Assembly (NCBI GenBank): GCA_947479915.1
Contig: CANKAU010000007.1
Span: 16,190 to 80,189 of the forward strand
Origin: Chloroflexota bacterium
GTDB lineage: Bacteria; Chloroflexota; Dehalococcoidia; UBA2979
Reading direction: 5' to 3'
DNA: 64,000 nt
Position 1 is the stretch's first letter, and every line of letters starts with the position of its first letter. Positions 38,232 through 49,695 of the stretch are shown piece by piece. The position numbers were made by a program, and so were the translations under genes. The notes below the pieces were generated by a model. The model saw only the letters and a list, made by a program, of their open reading frames with translations. It searched no databases and had not been told where the DNA came from.

Positions 38232-39649
38232 TAACCGACCGAGCCTTCCATCTGGAGCTCGATGAGGCGGTTCAGCTCGATCGCGTACTCCATGGGGAGT
38301 TCCTTCACGATCGGCTCGACGAAGCCGTTGACCACCATCTTCGCCGCATCTTCTTCCTTGATGCCGCGCGACATGAGGTAGAACAACTGGTCCTCACCGA
38401 GCTTCGAGACCGAAGCCTCGTGGCCGATGTTCACCTGCTCCTCGTCGATCTCCATCGTCGGGTACGTGTCGGAGCGCGAGTGCTCGTCCAGCAGCAGCGC
38501 ATCGCAGCGCACCGTCGAGGTGGAGTGGTGCGCGCCTTCGTAGACCTTCAGCAGGCCGCGGTACGAGGTGCGCCCCTTCCCGCGCGACACCGACTTCGAG
38601 ATGATTGCGCTCGAGGTGTGCGGGGCGACGTGGACGATCTTGCCGCCCGCGTCCTGGTGCTGCCCGTCGCCGGCGAACGCCAGCGAGAGGATCTCGCCGT
38701 GCGCGCCCGGCTCCATCAGGTACACGGACGGGTACTTCATGGTGAGCATGGAGCCGAGGTTGCCGTCGACCCACTCCATGATCGCGTTCTCGTACGCGTA
38801 CGCCCGCTTGGTGACGAGGTTGTAGACGTTGTTCGACCAGTTCTGGATCGTCGAGTAGCGCACGCGGGCGTTCTTCTTGACGATGATCTCAACCACCGCC
38901 GAGTGGAGCGACGCGGTGCTGTAGATGGGGGCCGTGCAGCCCTCCACGTAGTGCACCTGCGAACCCTCGTCCGCGATGATCAGCGTGCGCTCGAACTGGC
39001 CCATGTTCTCGGTGTTGATGCGGAAGTAGGCCTGGAGGGGGATGTCCACCTTCACGCCCTTCGGCACGTAGATGAACGAGCCGCCCGACCACACCGCGGT
39101 GTTCAGCGCCGAGAAGCGGTTGTCACCCGCCGGCACGATGGTGCCGAAGTACTCCTTGACGAGCTCCGGGTACTCCGCGAGCGCCTGGTCCATGCCGAGG
39201 AACACGACGCCCAGCTTCGCGAGATCCTCGCGGATGTTGTGGTAGACGACCTCGGAGTCGTACTGAGCGCCCGCACCGGCGAGGAACTGGCGCTCCGCCT
39301 CCGGGATGCCCAGCTTGTCGAAGGTGTCCTTGATGTACTCCGGCACGTCGTCCCAGCTCGTGGAGTCGGTGTCGGTGGCGCGCACGTAGTAGTGGATGTC
39401 ATCGAAGTCGATGGCATTCAGAACGTCGGGGCTGCCGGCCCACGAGGGGTTCTTCATCTTGAGGAACTGCTGGTAGGCGTCGAGACGGTTCTCGAGCATC
39501 CATGCCGGCTCGCCCTTCATCGCGGACATGCCGCGGATGACTTCCTCGTTCAGGCCCTTCTCGGCGATGAACAGCGGCTTCTCGTCGTCGTGGAAGCCCC
39601 ACTTGTACTCGCCAACTGCGTCGCGAGCGGACGGGTTCACGGTGGTCAT
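38231..39649 (-). CDS. sufB: Fe-S cluster assembly protein SufB
   Basis: Highly conserved SufB sequence ([32 protein letters not shown]). Confidence 0.95.
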   Translation of the reverse strand: MTTVNPSARDAVGEYKWGFHDDEKPLFIAEKGLNEEVIRGMSAMKGEPAWMLENRLDAYQQFLKMKNPSWAGSPDVLNAIDFDDIHYYVRATDTDSTSWDDVPEYIKDTFDKLGIPEAERQFLAGAGAQYDSEVVYHNIREDLAKLGVVFLGMDQALAEYPELVKEYFGTIVPAGDNRFSALNTAVWSGGSFIYVPKGVKVDIPLQAYFRINTENMGQFERTLIIADEGSQVHYVEGCTAPIYSTASLHSAVVEIIVKKNARVRYSTIQNWSNNVYNLVTKRAYAYENAIMEWVDGNLGSMLTMKYPSVYLMEPGAHGEILSLAFAGDGQHQDAGGKIVHVAPHTSSAIISKSVSRGKGRTSYRGLLKVYEGAHHSTSTVRCDALLLDEHSRSDTYPTMEIDEEQVNIGHEASVSKLGEDQLFYLMSRGIKEEDAAKMVVNGFVEPIVKELPMEYAIELNRLIELQMEGSVG

Positions 39650-40425
39650 GCGGACACCTCCTGCGTGAGACCCAGCTCCTTGAGGATCGGGTCGTAGCCC
39701 TCGGTTTCGATCTGCTTCGCCAGCGACGCGTCGCCGGAGCGGACGATCTTGCCCGCGACCAGGATGTGCACGAAGTCAGGGTGGATGTAGTTCAGGATGC
39801 GCTCGTAGTGCGTGATGAGCAGGATCGCCTGCTCCGGGCGCCGCAGCGCGTTCACGCCCTCCGAGACCGTCCGCAGCGCGTCCACGTCGAGGCCGGAGTC
39901 GGTCTCGTCGAGGATCGCGAGGTCGGGCTTCAGCAGGCCCATCTGCAGGATCTCGGCGCGCTTCTTCTCGCCGCCGGAGAAGCCGTCGTTCACGTAGCGC
40001 CGCGCGAACTCCTCGCCCATCTTGAGCTTGGCCAGCGTCTCGCGGAGCTCACCCAGGAACTCGCGGGCCGGGACTTCCTCGCCACGACGCGCCTTCAGCG
40101 CCTCGCGCATGAAGTTCACCATCGTCACGCCGGGGATGGCGGTCGGGTACTGGAACGAGAGGAAGATGCCCTTCCGCGCACGCTCGTCGGCGGTCGCGGC
40201 GGTGATGTCCTCGCCCTGGTACAGGATCTGGCCGCTGTCCACGGTGTAGGTGGGGCTGCCGGCGATCGTGCTGGAGAGCGTGCTCTTCCCGGAGCCGTTC
40301 GGGCCCATGATCGTGTGGACCTCGCCCGGTCGGATGACCAGGTCGATGCCCTTGATGATCTGCACCTCGGGCTTATCCGTGATGCTGACCTTGAGGTCGC
40401 GGACTTCGAGGATCGGTTCGCTCAT
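39646..40425 (-). CDS. sufC: Fe-S cluster assembly ATPase SufC
   Basis: ABC ATPase motifs ([17 protein letters not shown]). Confidence 0.95.
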   Translation of the reverse strand: MSEPILEVRDLKVSITDKPEVQIIKGIDLVIRPGEVHTIMGPNGSGKSTLSSTIAGSPTYTVDSGQILYQGEDITAATADERARKGIFLSFQYPTAIPGVTMVNFMREALKARRGEEVPAREFLGELRETLAKLKMGEEFARRYVNDGFSGGEKKRAEILQMGLLKPDLAILDETDSGLDVDALRTVSEGVNALRRPEQAILLITHYERILNYIHPDFVHILVAGKIVRSGDASLAKQIETEGYDPILKELGLTQEVSA

Positions 40426-41129
40426 CGTGCGGATGCACCCTTCTGCTCGAGCACCGGGAGGAGGCCACTCGCCACCACCGGTCGCTCGTCATCGTTCTTT
40501 GCTACGAGGTACTCACAGGCAGCGCCGCCGCCCGCGACCGTTGTGATCTGTTCCACGGGCGCGCCGAGCAGCAGCTCGATCGCCCGCCGGTCTGCCGCAC
40601 AGCACGCGTGCGTCTCGCTGGCCGTAGTTCGGTACGGGCAGCCGGTGTTGCGCAGGCGGAAGAAATCGCCCGCGTCCTCAACCTCCTGCAGGATGCCCTC
40701 GTGCGACAGCGCGATCGTCACTTCGTGCACGCGCTCGCCGATGGACTCGCCGCGGATCTGCGATGAGTGCTCGCGCGCCATGGACTCCGCCACCCGGTCG
40801 AAGAGGCGGTCGATGACGCCTCGACCGTCCGCGCCGTCGATCTCGGCCGCGCTGAGGTTCGCAAGCGCCGGCGACAGCCGGTCGAGGAGCTTCTGGTAGT
40901 GGCTCGATGAGGTGCGCTCCTCGCCCGCCTCGGACAGGGCAAACCGGGTGCTGGGGCGCCCCCGCGACTGCCGGACGAGGTGCGACACGACCAGGCCGTC
41001 CGCGACCATCAGGTCCATGTGGCGCCGGATCGAACCCGCCGAGACGCCGATCTCCTCGGCGAGCTCCGCGACAGAGCGCGCTCCGCGCTCGTGCAGGATG
41101 CGGACGACTTCGTCCCTCGTGCGTTCCAT
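40422..41129 (-). CDS. sufR: SufR-type transcriptional regulator (winged HTH plus C-terminal Cys cluster)
   Basis: N-terminal wHTH followed by a Cys-containing C-terminus (GCPY...HACC...AACEY). First gene of the suf operon. Confidence 0.75.
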   Translation of the reverse strand: MERTRDEVVRILHERGARSVAELAEEIGVSAGSIRRHMDLMVADGLVVSHLVRQSRGRPSTRFALSEAGEERTSSSHYQKLLDRLSPALANLSAAEIDGADGRGVIDRLFDRVAESMAREHSSQIRGESIGERVHEVTIALSHEGILQEVEDAGDFFRLRNTGCPYRTTASETHACCAADRRAIELLLGAPVEQITTVAGGGAACEYLVAKNDDERPVVASGLLPVLEQKGASAR

Positions 41130-41161
41130 CGATGCTCCCCCGCGCGCTTCTGCCTGACTCA

Positions 41162-41190
41162 GGTTAGGAGTGCCCTGCAGGGTATGTCAA
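41162..41190 (-). promoter_or_regulatory. Candidate sufR promoter: -35 TTGACA with an upstream A/T tract and a 10-bp perfect palindrome CCCTGCAGGG in the spacer (operator candidate)
   Basis: Minus strand reads AATAAAATGCAATAAACG-TTGACA-TACCCTGCAGGGCACTCC-TAACCT about 30 nt upstream of the sufR ATG. This is the only AT-rich stretch in the sufR/phaJ divergent region. Confidence 0.4.
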
Positions 41191-41346
41191 CGTTTATTGC
41201 ATTTTATTGGAGGTAAATCACCAATCACCGGCACGTTCGTGCGAGCACACTCCGGCACCCTGTCCCCTCGTTGTCCCCTCGGCAACGCGCCCCCTACGAT
41301 CCGACGCGAACGAACGGCCCCACCGAGGACCTCGAAGGAGCGCACG

Positions 41347-41799
41347 ATGGCAGACGAGACGACCCAGGACGAGGTGCGCGGGCTGAAGGTCGGCCACACG
41401 GTGCTCTTCCAGCGCCAGGTCGACCCCGAGACCATCCAGAAGTTCGTAGACGTCAGCGGCGACACGAACCCGCTCCACGTCGATCCCGCCTACGCGGCGC
41501 GAACCCGCTTCAAGCGCCCGATCGCCCACGGCATGATCGGCGCGGCGTTCATCTCCGCAGCCATGGCGACCAAGCTCTCCCCGGGCCACGTCATCGTCTA
41601 CCTCGGCCAGAACCTCGAGTTCGTCGCGCCGGTGTACGAGTACGACGTGCTGACCGTGACCTGCACCGTCACGGCCGTGGAGCCACGCCGCAACCGCGTG
41701 AAGGTGGACACCACCGTCACGAACCAGGAGAGCGCGGAAGTTATCCGCGGCGACGCGTACGTCCTCGTCGACGAGCTCGCGCCTGCTGACGCCGAGTAA
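41347..41799 (+). CDS. MaoC-like (R)-specific enoyl-CoA hydratase (PhaJ-like)
   Basis: Strong SD (AAGGAG). Hotdog MaoC motif (DTNPLHVDPAYAA...IAHGM). Confidence 0.8.
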   Translation: MADETTQDEVRGLKVGHTVLFQRQVDPETIQKFVDVSGDTNPLHVDPAYAARTRFKRPIAHGMIGAAFISAAMATKLSPGHVIVYLGQNLEFVAPVYEYDVLTVTCTVTAVEPRRNRVKVDTTVTNQESAEVIRGDAYVLVDELAPADAE

Positions 41800-41806
41800 C
41801 AGCGCG

Positions 41807-42556
41807 ATGCCCGGCAGCCTCGCGGGACAGGTCGCCGTCGTCACCGGCGGGAGTCGCGGCATCGGCCGCGCGTGCGTCCTCGCGCTCGCCGCGGAGGGCG
41901 CCGATGTCGTCATCAACTACGTCTCGTCCGAGGATGCCGCGCAGTCCGCGCGCGCGGAGGCCGAGGCGCTGGGCGTCCGCGCGATCGTCGTGCGCGCCGA
42001 CGTAGGCGACGAGGCCGAGGCGCGCCGGCTGATCGAGGCTGCCGAGGCGGTGTTCGAGCGCGTCGACATCCTCGTGAACAACGCGGGCATCGCTCGCGTG
42101 AAGTTGATCCACCGCCTCACGCGCGAGGACTGGGACGACGTGATCCGCACGAACCTGTCCTCGGCGTTCTTCTGCACGCAGGCAGTCATCCCCGGCATGC
42201 GCACGCGCGGCAGCGGGCGCATCGTCAACATTGCGTCGATGGTCGGTCAGCACGGCGACCCGGGGCAGGCGAACTACGCCGCGGCGAAGGGCGGCATGAT
42301 CGCGCTGACGAAGTCAGCCGCGAAGGAACTCGCCCGCTTCGGCATCACGGTGAACGCGCTCTGCCCCGGCTACGTGGACACCGACATGTCCAGCGTCATG
42401 CCCGAGCAGTACCGCAAGGATCTCCTCGCCTCGATCCCGCTCGGCCGCATGGCCACCGCCGAGGAGATCGCGGCCAGCGTCATCTTCCTCGCCGGCCCCG
42501 GCGGCGCGTTCTACACCGGCGCGGAGCTCAGCCCCAACGGCGGGCAATACATGTAG
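41807..42556 (+). CDS. fabG: 3-Oxoacyl-ACP reductase (SDR family)
   Basis: TGGSRGIG, NNAG and YAAAK motifs. Confidence 0.9.
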   Translation: MPGSLAGQVAVVTGGSRGIGRACVLALAAEGADVVINYVSSEDAAQSARAEAEALGVRAIVVRADVGDEAEARRLIEAAEAVFERVDILVNNAGIARVKLIHRLTREDWDDVIRTNLSSAFFCTQAVIPGMRTRGSGRIVNIASMVGQHGDPGQANYAAAKGGMIALTKSAAKELARFGITVNALCPGYVDTDMSSVMPEQYRKDLLASIPLGRMATAEEIAASVIFLAGPGGAFYTGAELSPNGGQYM

Positions 42557-42580
42557 GCTGCGTCCTCGGAGGCAGCGCAC

Positions 42581-43141
42581 GTGAGCCGTCGCATCCAGGT
42601 CATGGGCCAATCCGGCAGCGGCAAGAGCACGCTCGGTCTCCGGCTCGCCGAGGTCCTGGGCGTCCCGCACGTCGAGCTCGACGCATTGTTCTGGCTCCCC
42701 AACTGGGTCGAGCGCGACGGCGATGAGTTCCGCGCGATGGTCGCGGCGGCGACCGCCGGTGACGCCTGGGTCGTCAGCGGGAACTACAGCGGGCGCGTCC
42801 GCGACCTGACCTGGCCCCGAGCGAGCATGGTCGTGTGGCTGGACCTGCCGCTGTACGTGACGCTGCCGCGCCTCATCGCGCGGTCATGGCGTCGATGGCG
42901 ACAGCGAGAAGTGCTGTGGGGCACGAACGTGGAGCGGTTCTGGCCGCAGCTCGCCGTGTGGGATGCGAACTCCCTGGTCGGCTACTCGCTACGGGCGCGG
43001 CCCCGGTTTCGGGCGCTGATGCTGGGCGCTCTCGCAGACCCGGAGTGGGCGCAGGCGCGGTGGATACGCCTGACCTCGCAGCGCGAGGTCGATCGTTTCC
43101 TCGCCTCCTTCATGGCCGAGCACGCCGAGCGGAGCGCCTGA
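42581..43141 (+). CDS. P-loop NTPase (adenylate/shikimate-kinase-like, topology-modulation-protein-like)
   Basis: GQSGSGKST Walker A motif. Confidence 0.65.
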   Translation: MSRRIQVMGQSGSGKSTLGLRLAEVLGVPHVELDALFWLPNWVERDGDEFRAMVAAATAGDAWVVSGNYSGRVRDLTWPRASMVVWLDLPLYVTLPRLIARSWRRWRQREVLWGTNVERFWPQLAVWDANSLVGYSLRARPRFRALMLGALADPEWAQARWIRLTSQREVDRFLASFMAEHAERSA

Positions 43142-43791
43142 TGCCATCTCGACTCCGCTTCTCGCTCGCGAAGGCGTACGCGCACCTGCGCGCCGCCGAC
43201 CCCGTGCTCGCCGCGCTGATCGAGGAGCACGGGCCGTATCGCCCTCGACCGGCGATGGATCACTACGATTCGCTGCTGCGCACGATCCTCTTCCAGCAGC
43301 TCGCCGGCGCGGCTGCGCGGAGCATCCAGCGCCGCTGGCTCGCGCTCTACGGCGACGGCCCCGGCGGCGGCGAGGGGCGCTACCCCACCCCACAGGAGCT
43401 ACTGGCGACGACCGACGAGGCGTTCCGGGGCGCGGGCGTCTCTCGCCAGAAGGCCGGCTACATGCGCTCACTCGCCGAGCACGTCGTCGCGGGCGACCTC
43501 GACTTCGCGGGCATCGACGCGCTCCCGGACGACGAGGTCACCCGCCGGCTCGTAGTGGTGAAGGGGCTGGGCGAGTGGTCGGCGCACATGTTCCTGATGT
43601 TCCAACTGGGACGGCCGGACGTCCTGCCCATCGGTGACCTCGGCGTGCGCATCGGCATGGGGATCGCGTACGGCCTCGACGCCCCTCCGACCCCGGCGCA
43701 GGCGCGGGCGATCGGCGAGCCGTGGGCGCCCTACCGCTCGGTCGCGTCGTGGTACATGTGGCGCGCGACCGAGGGTCCTCGGACGACTTAG
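43141..43791 (+). CDS. DNA-3-methyladenine glycosylase II-like (HhH-GPD superfamily)
   Basis: HhH-GPD pattern (VKGLGEWSAHMFLMF...D). The start overlaps the previous stop. Confidence 0.8.
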   Translation: MPSRLRFSLAKAYAHLRAADPVLAALIEEHGPYRPRPAMDHYDSLLRTILFQQLAGAAARSIQRRWLALYGDGPGGGEGRYPTPQELLATTDEAFRGAGVSRQKAGYMRSLAEHVVAGDLDFAGIDALPDDEVTRRLVVVKGLGEWSAHMFLMFQLGRPDVLPIGDLGVRIGMGIAYGLDAPPTPAQARAIGEPWAPYRSVASWYMWRATEGPRTT

Positions 43792-43924
43792 GCACGCATC
43801 ACGAACGTGGAGCCCGCCGAAGGATCGTGCGGTCGCGCGCTCCTATACTGAGCCCCCGAGGGTGCCGATCGGCCCCCACGAGGCAGCCGCGAGCGGCGCT
43901 CAGGCCGCGCGCGAAGGGGTGTCC

Positions 43925-44830
43925 ATGCGGATCGTGCTCTTCGGCCAGGCCGCGTTCGGCAAGGACGTCTTCGAGAAGCTCCGCCAGGCGGGCGAGGACG
44001 TCGTCGGCGTCTCCACGCCTCGACAGGGCACGCGTCCCGACCCCCTGTTCGAGGCCGCCAGCATCGCCGGCGTGCCGGTGATCGAAACGCCGGCGCTGCG
44101 CCAGGACGGTCCCTTCGAGCAGTTCCTGGCGCTGAAGCCCGATCTCCTCGTCTTCGCGTTCGTGACGGACATCGTGCGGAAGCGCGTGCTGGACGCCGCC
44201 ACGCACGGCGCGATCCAGTACCACCCATCGCTGCTGCCGCTCCACCGCGGCCGTACCGCGATGAACTGGGCGATCATCTCCGGCGCTGAGAAGACCGGCC
44301 TGTCGATCTTCTGGGTCGACGAGGGCATCGACACCGGCCCGATCCTGCTCCAGCGCGAGGTGGACATCGACCCCGCGGACAGCGTCGCCACGCTCTACTT
44401 CGACCGGCTGTACCCGATGGGCGTCGACGCGCTCGTGGAGGCGACCCGCCTCGTGCGCGAGGGTGAGGCGCCCCGCATCCCTCAGAACCACGCGCTCGCC
44501 ACCTACGAGGCACCCTGCGGCCCGGAGCACGCCAAGATCGACTGGATGTACCACTCCCGCGTGGTCTCCAACCTGATCCGCGGCTGCGACCCCCAGCCGG
44601 GCGCCATGACGAACCTGAACGGCGAGCCGATCCGGCTGTTCGAGGCGCAACTGCGCCCGGGCGCCCCCGGCGAGCCGCCGGGCACGGTGATGGCGATCAT
44701 CGACGGTCGCGCCGAGATCGCCGGCGTCGGTGGCACAATCATCGTGGGCCGCGCGCAGCGGGCCGGGGCAGCGAAGCAGCCCGCCGGTGAGGTGATGATG
44801 GTCGGCGACGTCCTCGAACGGACGCCCTGA
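43925..44830 (+). CDS. Formyltransferase family protein (Fmt/ArnA-like)
   Basis: HPSLLPLHRG motif and C-terminal Fmt-like domain. A TATACT hexamer at 43844-43849 lies upstream. Confidence 0.75.
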   Translation: MRIVLFGQAAFGKDVFEKLRQAGEDVVGVSTPRQGTRPDPLFEAASIAGVPVIETPALRQDGPFEQFLALKPDLLVFAFVTDIVRKRVLDAATHGAIQYHPSLLPLHRGRTAMNWAIISGAEKTGLSIFWVDEGIDTGPILLQREVDIDPADSVATLYFDRLYPMGVDALVEATRLVREGEAPRIPQNHALATYEAPCGPEHAKIDWMYHSRVVSNLIRGCDPQPGAMTNLNGEPIRLFEAQLRPGAPGEPPGTVMAIIDGRAEIAGVGGTIIVGRAQRAGAAKQPAGEVMMVGDVLERTP

Positions 44831-44859
44831 CCCAGGCTCGACACGATGAGGAGCACCGG

Positions 44860-45980
<1,121 letters not shown>

Positions 45981-45984
<4 letters not shown>

Positions 45985-47249
45985 TCGGCTGGGCGAGGCG
46001 CACCCTCGGCCCGATCTTCGAGCACGAGCAACTGATGATGATCACCGTGTCCACGGTGCTCGTCATGATGGGCCAGGGCGTGATCTCGCCCGTTCTCCCG
46101 CTGTTCTCGAACAAATTTGGCGTCGGCGCGGCGGCGATCGGCCTGACGCTCACGTCGTTCGGCCTCGCGCGCCTCGTACTGAACATCCCGATGGGGATCG
46201 CGGCGGACCGCTATGGGCGGCGGCTACTGCTGGTCAGCGGCCCGATCATCGCGGCCGTCGGCATGGTGGGCTCCGGGCTCTCCGGGTCGCTGCCCGAGCT
46301 GCTCGCCTGGCGCTTCATCGCCGGCGCTGGCTCCGCGATCTATGCGACCGGCGCGCAGGTGTTCCTCGCGGACGTATCGACGCCCGCGACCCGCGCGAGG
46401 TACCTCGGCACGAACCAGGGCGCGCTGCTGCTGGGCACCTCGTTCGGCCCCGCGATCGGCGGCTTCACCGCGGACGCATGGGGCCTGGAGGCGCCGTTCC
46501 TGATCGTCGGGCTGTGCTCGCTGGTGGCGGGCGGCTATGCCTACCTGCGCCTGCCCGAGACGCGCCACCTCAACCCGGAGGCGCCGAGGCCCGTCGCCGT
46601 CGCTGCGGGCGCCGCCCCACCTCGAACCGCGTGGCTCCAGCTGCTGCTGTCGCGGGACTTCCTGCTAATCGCGGTGATGAACGCCGCGATCTTCCTCACG
46701 CGCACCGGCGGGCGTCAGACGATCATGCCGCTGCTGGGCGCGACCACGCTGGGGCTGTCGACCGCGTCCCTCGGCTGGATCTTCTCGCTCATGGCGATCG
46801 TGAACATGCTGCTGGTCGTGCCGTCCTCGGTGATCGCGGATCGCATGGGTCGCAAGTGGTCGATCGTGCCGAGCGGCGTGCTGGTGGGGCTGACCATGTT
46901 CATGCTCGCGGGCACGCACTCGTACTGGATGTTCTTCAGCGCGGCAATGCTGCACTCAGTCGCCGCGTCGCTGTCCGGCCCCGCGCCGGCCGCCTACGCC
47001 GTGGACATCTCGCCCCCCGGCCTGCGAGGGCTGGGGATGGGCATGTTCCGCTCCGGTGGCGACGTGGGATTCATGATCGGCCCACCGCTGGTCGGCTTCA
47101 TCGCGGACTACTCGGGCTTCGGCGCGGCGATGTTCGCGAACGGTGTGATCATGGTCGCGGCGTCGGTGCTGTTCCTGCTGGCAACCGAGACCGGCGGCAG
47201 GCAGGTGCGCGCGCGACAGGCCGCCGAGGCGGCACCGACCGCCCGCTAG
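45981..47249 (+). CDS. MFS transporter
   Basis: Twelve TM segments; GRR loop motif (DRYGRRLLL). The start overlaps the ald stop. Confidence 0.85.
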
Positions 47250-47743
47250 TCGGGGACGGCGGCCCAGCCGAGCGCCTCGGACATCTGTTGCTCCACCTCG
47301 GGCGACAGACGCATGAACAGCGCGGTCGCCTCCGCGAGGCGCTCGCCGTCCGCATCGTCCACGCTCGCCTCGACCTCGATGCGGCGTCCGCGCATCCGCA
47401 CCACACGCCCGTGCACGATCAGCGTCCCGGTCGTGCCCACTGTCTTGCGGTAACGCGTCTCCATCTTTGCCGTGACGCCCAGCGCGCGGTCGGCGGCCCA
47501 CATCGCCCACGCCATCGACTCGTCGAGGAGTGCGGCCAGCACGCCGCCGTGCATGACGCCCGGGAAGCCCTGATCCTCCGGCTTGGGATCGTAGCGGCAG
47601 ACCACCGCGCCCCCGCCCGCCTCGGAGACCTCGCGGCTGAAGCGCAGATGCAGGCCATGCTGGTTACGGGCGCCGCACGCGAAGCAGACCTGGTCGTAGA
47701 GACGCTCGTCGAAGGCGCCCGCGGCGTGCTCCGCGTCAGCCAT
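47246..47743 (-). CDS. PaaI/YbgC-like hotdog thioesterase
   Basis: [11 protein letters not shown] motif of the 4HBT/PaaI family. Start trimmed to MADAEHAAG. Confidence 0.75.
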   Translation of the reverse strand: MADAEHAAGAFDERLYDQVCFACGARNQHGLHLRFSREVSEAGGGAVVCRYDPKPEDQGFPGVMHGGVLAALLDESMAWAMWAADRALGVTAKMETRYRKTVGTTGTLIVHGRVVRMRGRRIEVEASVDDADGERLAEATALFMRLSPEVEQQMSEALGWAAVPD

Positions 47744-48138
47744 CAGGCGAGGTGCACGGAGGCGGTACCGGTAAGCAGCGCCTCGCCGCTCGCGTCCTCG
47801 CAGGAGACGTCGTAGGTCGCGACGCCGTCGTGCTCCGATTTCAGCACCGCGCGCGCGGTGACCTCGATGGGAACAAGCGCGGGCTGGCGCCAGCGCACCT
47901 TCAGCGACCCGCCACGCTCCCACGCCTCGCCGAAGGCGTTCGTCATGGCCTCCGACACGAGCGCGAGGACGAGCATGCCGTGCGCGACGGGGCGACCGAA
48001 CGGGCCGGCGTACGCCTCGGGCGTCTCGCGGTGGATCGGGTTCGGGTCGCGCGCCGCGACCGCGTACTTGTCGACACGCGGCTGGTCGATGAGCCGCGTC
48101 ACGGGCTCCACGGCGGAGGGTGGGGTCACTGCGGTCAC
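47743..48138 (-). CDS. MaoC-like dehydratase (HadB-like)
   Basis: DPNPIHRE...AHGM hotdog hydratase motif. Confidence 0.8.
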   Translation of the reverse strand: MTAVTPPSAVEPVTRLIDQPRVDKYAVAARDPNPIHRETPEAYAGPFGRPVAHGMLVLALVSEAMTNAFGEAWERGGSLKVRWRQPALVPIEVTARAVLKSEHDGVATYDVSCEDASGEALLTGTASVHLA

Positions 48139-48581
48139 TCGGCGCTCCCAGCGCTAGACGGATCAGTCGATGCGGCATCGTCGGGGGGTGGGACGAGCAC
48201 GGAGGCGCGCGACACGGCGACCACCTCGTCGCCCGCGCGCGCCTCCGCGTCGAACGACGCCATGAGCGCGCCGCGACGGACGGCGTGCGAGGCAACGAGC
48301 ACGGTGACCGTGAGCGGCTCGCCGATGCGCACAGGGCGCATGGACTCGTGCTCCTGGCCGGTGTGCATCACGCCCTTCGGGATCTCGATCTGCGAAAGGA
48401 GCGTGGCGAGCATCAGCGCGCTCATCATCACGGGCGGGACGTGCTCGCCCCAGCGGTCGGCCGGCTCACCGGTGGCATCAAGGTATGCGCGCACATCGTC
48501 GGCGCTGATCGTGAGATCGACGGGCGGCAGCACGTCGCCGCGAGAGAGGGTGTCGAAGGCGATTCGTGTAGGCGAGGTCAC
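48135..48581 (-). CDS. MaoC_dehydrat_N / HadA-like hotdog protein
   Basis: N-terminal-half MaoC dehydratase family protein, overlapping the next gene by 4 nt. Confidence 0.7.
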   Translation of the reverse strand: MTSPTRIAFDTLSRGDVLPPVDLTISADDVRAYLDATGEPADRWGEHVPPVMMSALMLATLLSQIEIPKGVMHTGQEHESMRPVRIGEPLTVTVLVASHAVRRGALMASFDAEARAGDEVVAVSRASVLVPPPDDAASTDPSSAGSAE

Positions 48582-48591
48582 GTGCGGCGCG

Positions 48592-48948
48592 TTAGCCCTC
48601 GACGGCCGAGAGCATCTCGGACTGCATGTGCTCGCGGCCCCACTCGGCGAGCGGGAGCATCGCCTGCGCGAGCTCGCGGCCGGACTCGGTGAGCTCGTAC
48701 TCGACCCACGGCGGCATCGTCGCGACGAGGTGTCGCTCGACGAGCCCGATCTCTTCGAGCGTCTTCAGACGATCGCGGAGCGTGCGGGAGTTGCAGCCGC
48801 CGACGGTGGCGGCCAGGTCGTTGAAGCGGCGCTTGCCATCGAGCAATTCGTAGAGAATCCGCGGGACCCAGCGCTGCCCGACCAGCGCGAGCGTGGCTCG
48901 CACGGGGCAGAAGTCACCATCGCGGGTGCGCGCCTGACGTGATTCCAT
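48592..48948 (-). CDS. HxlR-family transcriptional regulator
   Basis: CPVRATLALVGQRWVPRILYEL...FNDL matches the HxlR wHTH. Trimmed to MESRQ. Confidence 0.8.
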   Translation of the reverse strand: MESRQARTRDGDFCPVRATLALVGQRWVPRILYELLDGKRRFNDLAATVGGCNSRTLRDRLKTLEEIGLVERHLVATMPPWVEYELTESGRELAQAMLPLAEWGREHMQSEMLSAVEG

Positions 48949-49017
48949 CGCGTGCCTCCCGGGCTGGTTCCCAACGCTACCGCAGTGTGCGCGTTCTTGC
49001 CACAACTGCCGGACGCC

Positions 49018-49044
49018 GGAACCGGGCGCGTCGCGCCCGGTTCC
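49018..49044 (-). terminator. Perfect 12-bp hairpin GGAACCGGGCGC-gtc-GCGCCCGGTTCC downstream of prx (no U-tract)
   Basis: Seen directly, 22 nt after the prx stop. Confidence 0.45.
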
Positions 49045-49066
49045 CTGCAATCGATTCGTCGAGGCG

Positions 49067-49507
49067 CTACTTGATGTAATCCTCGACATTGCTGTGGTCG
49101 CGCTTCTCGCGCCCGTTGTACATCGCCATCGCGATCTTGCCCTCGCGGTCGATCACGAAGGTCGCACGATCGGCCGAGGCCGACGCCTCGTTCCAGCAGT
49201 CGTAGGCCGTCGCCACCTCGCCCTTGAGGTCGGCGAGCAACGAATGCGTGAAGTGCTCGCGCTCCTTCCAGACCGCGTGCGAGAAACGGGAGTCGCGCGA
49301 GATGCCGTAGACCTTCGCGCCCTTTGCCTGCCAGCCGCCGAAGTTGTCGCGGACCTCGCAGTTCTCCGCGGTGCACGTGCCAGAGAAGTCGAACGGGTAG
49401 AAGAACAGGACGACGGGCGTCCCCTTGAGCTCGGAGAGCGTGACCTTCTCGTTCGACTCGTCGACGAGCGTGAAGTCCGGAGCCTGCTGACCAACCTCGA
49501 GAGCCAT
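49067..49507 (-). CDS. Peroxiredoxin (AhpC/TSA family, Bcp/AhpE-like)
   Basis: FYPFDFSGTCT motif; 146 aa. Confidence 0.9.
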   Translation of the reverse strand: MALEVGQQAPDFTLVDESNEKVTLSELKGTPVVLFFYPFDFSGTCTAENCEVRDNFGGWQAKGAKVYGISRDSRFSHAVWKEREHFTHSLLADLKGEVATAYDCWNEASASADRATFVIDREGKIAMAMYNGREKRDHSNVEDYIK

Positions 49508-49647
49508 GTCGTTCCCTCCAGCGAACGCCGCGCTTGCGCGCCCGGCGTGATGTCGTGCTGCGAATGCGCGACGAGGTGCCTCGCGCGCCGTCGGCGAGTT
49601 TAGCAGCCTGCGCCTGCGTGAATCAGTGTCAGTGCCGCCCGGGCACA

Positions 49648-49675
49648 GAAGAGCCGGGCCCGTGCCCGGCTCTTC
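49648..49675 (-). terminator. Perfect 12-bp hairpin GAAGAGCCGGGC-ccgt-GCCCGGCTCTTC downstream of the GltD-like gene
   Basis: Seen directly, about 20 nt after the stop at 49696. Confidence 0.45.
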
Positions 49676-49695
49676 GCAACGCTGCGCGTGTCCGA

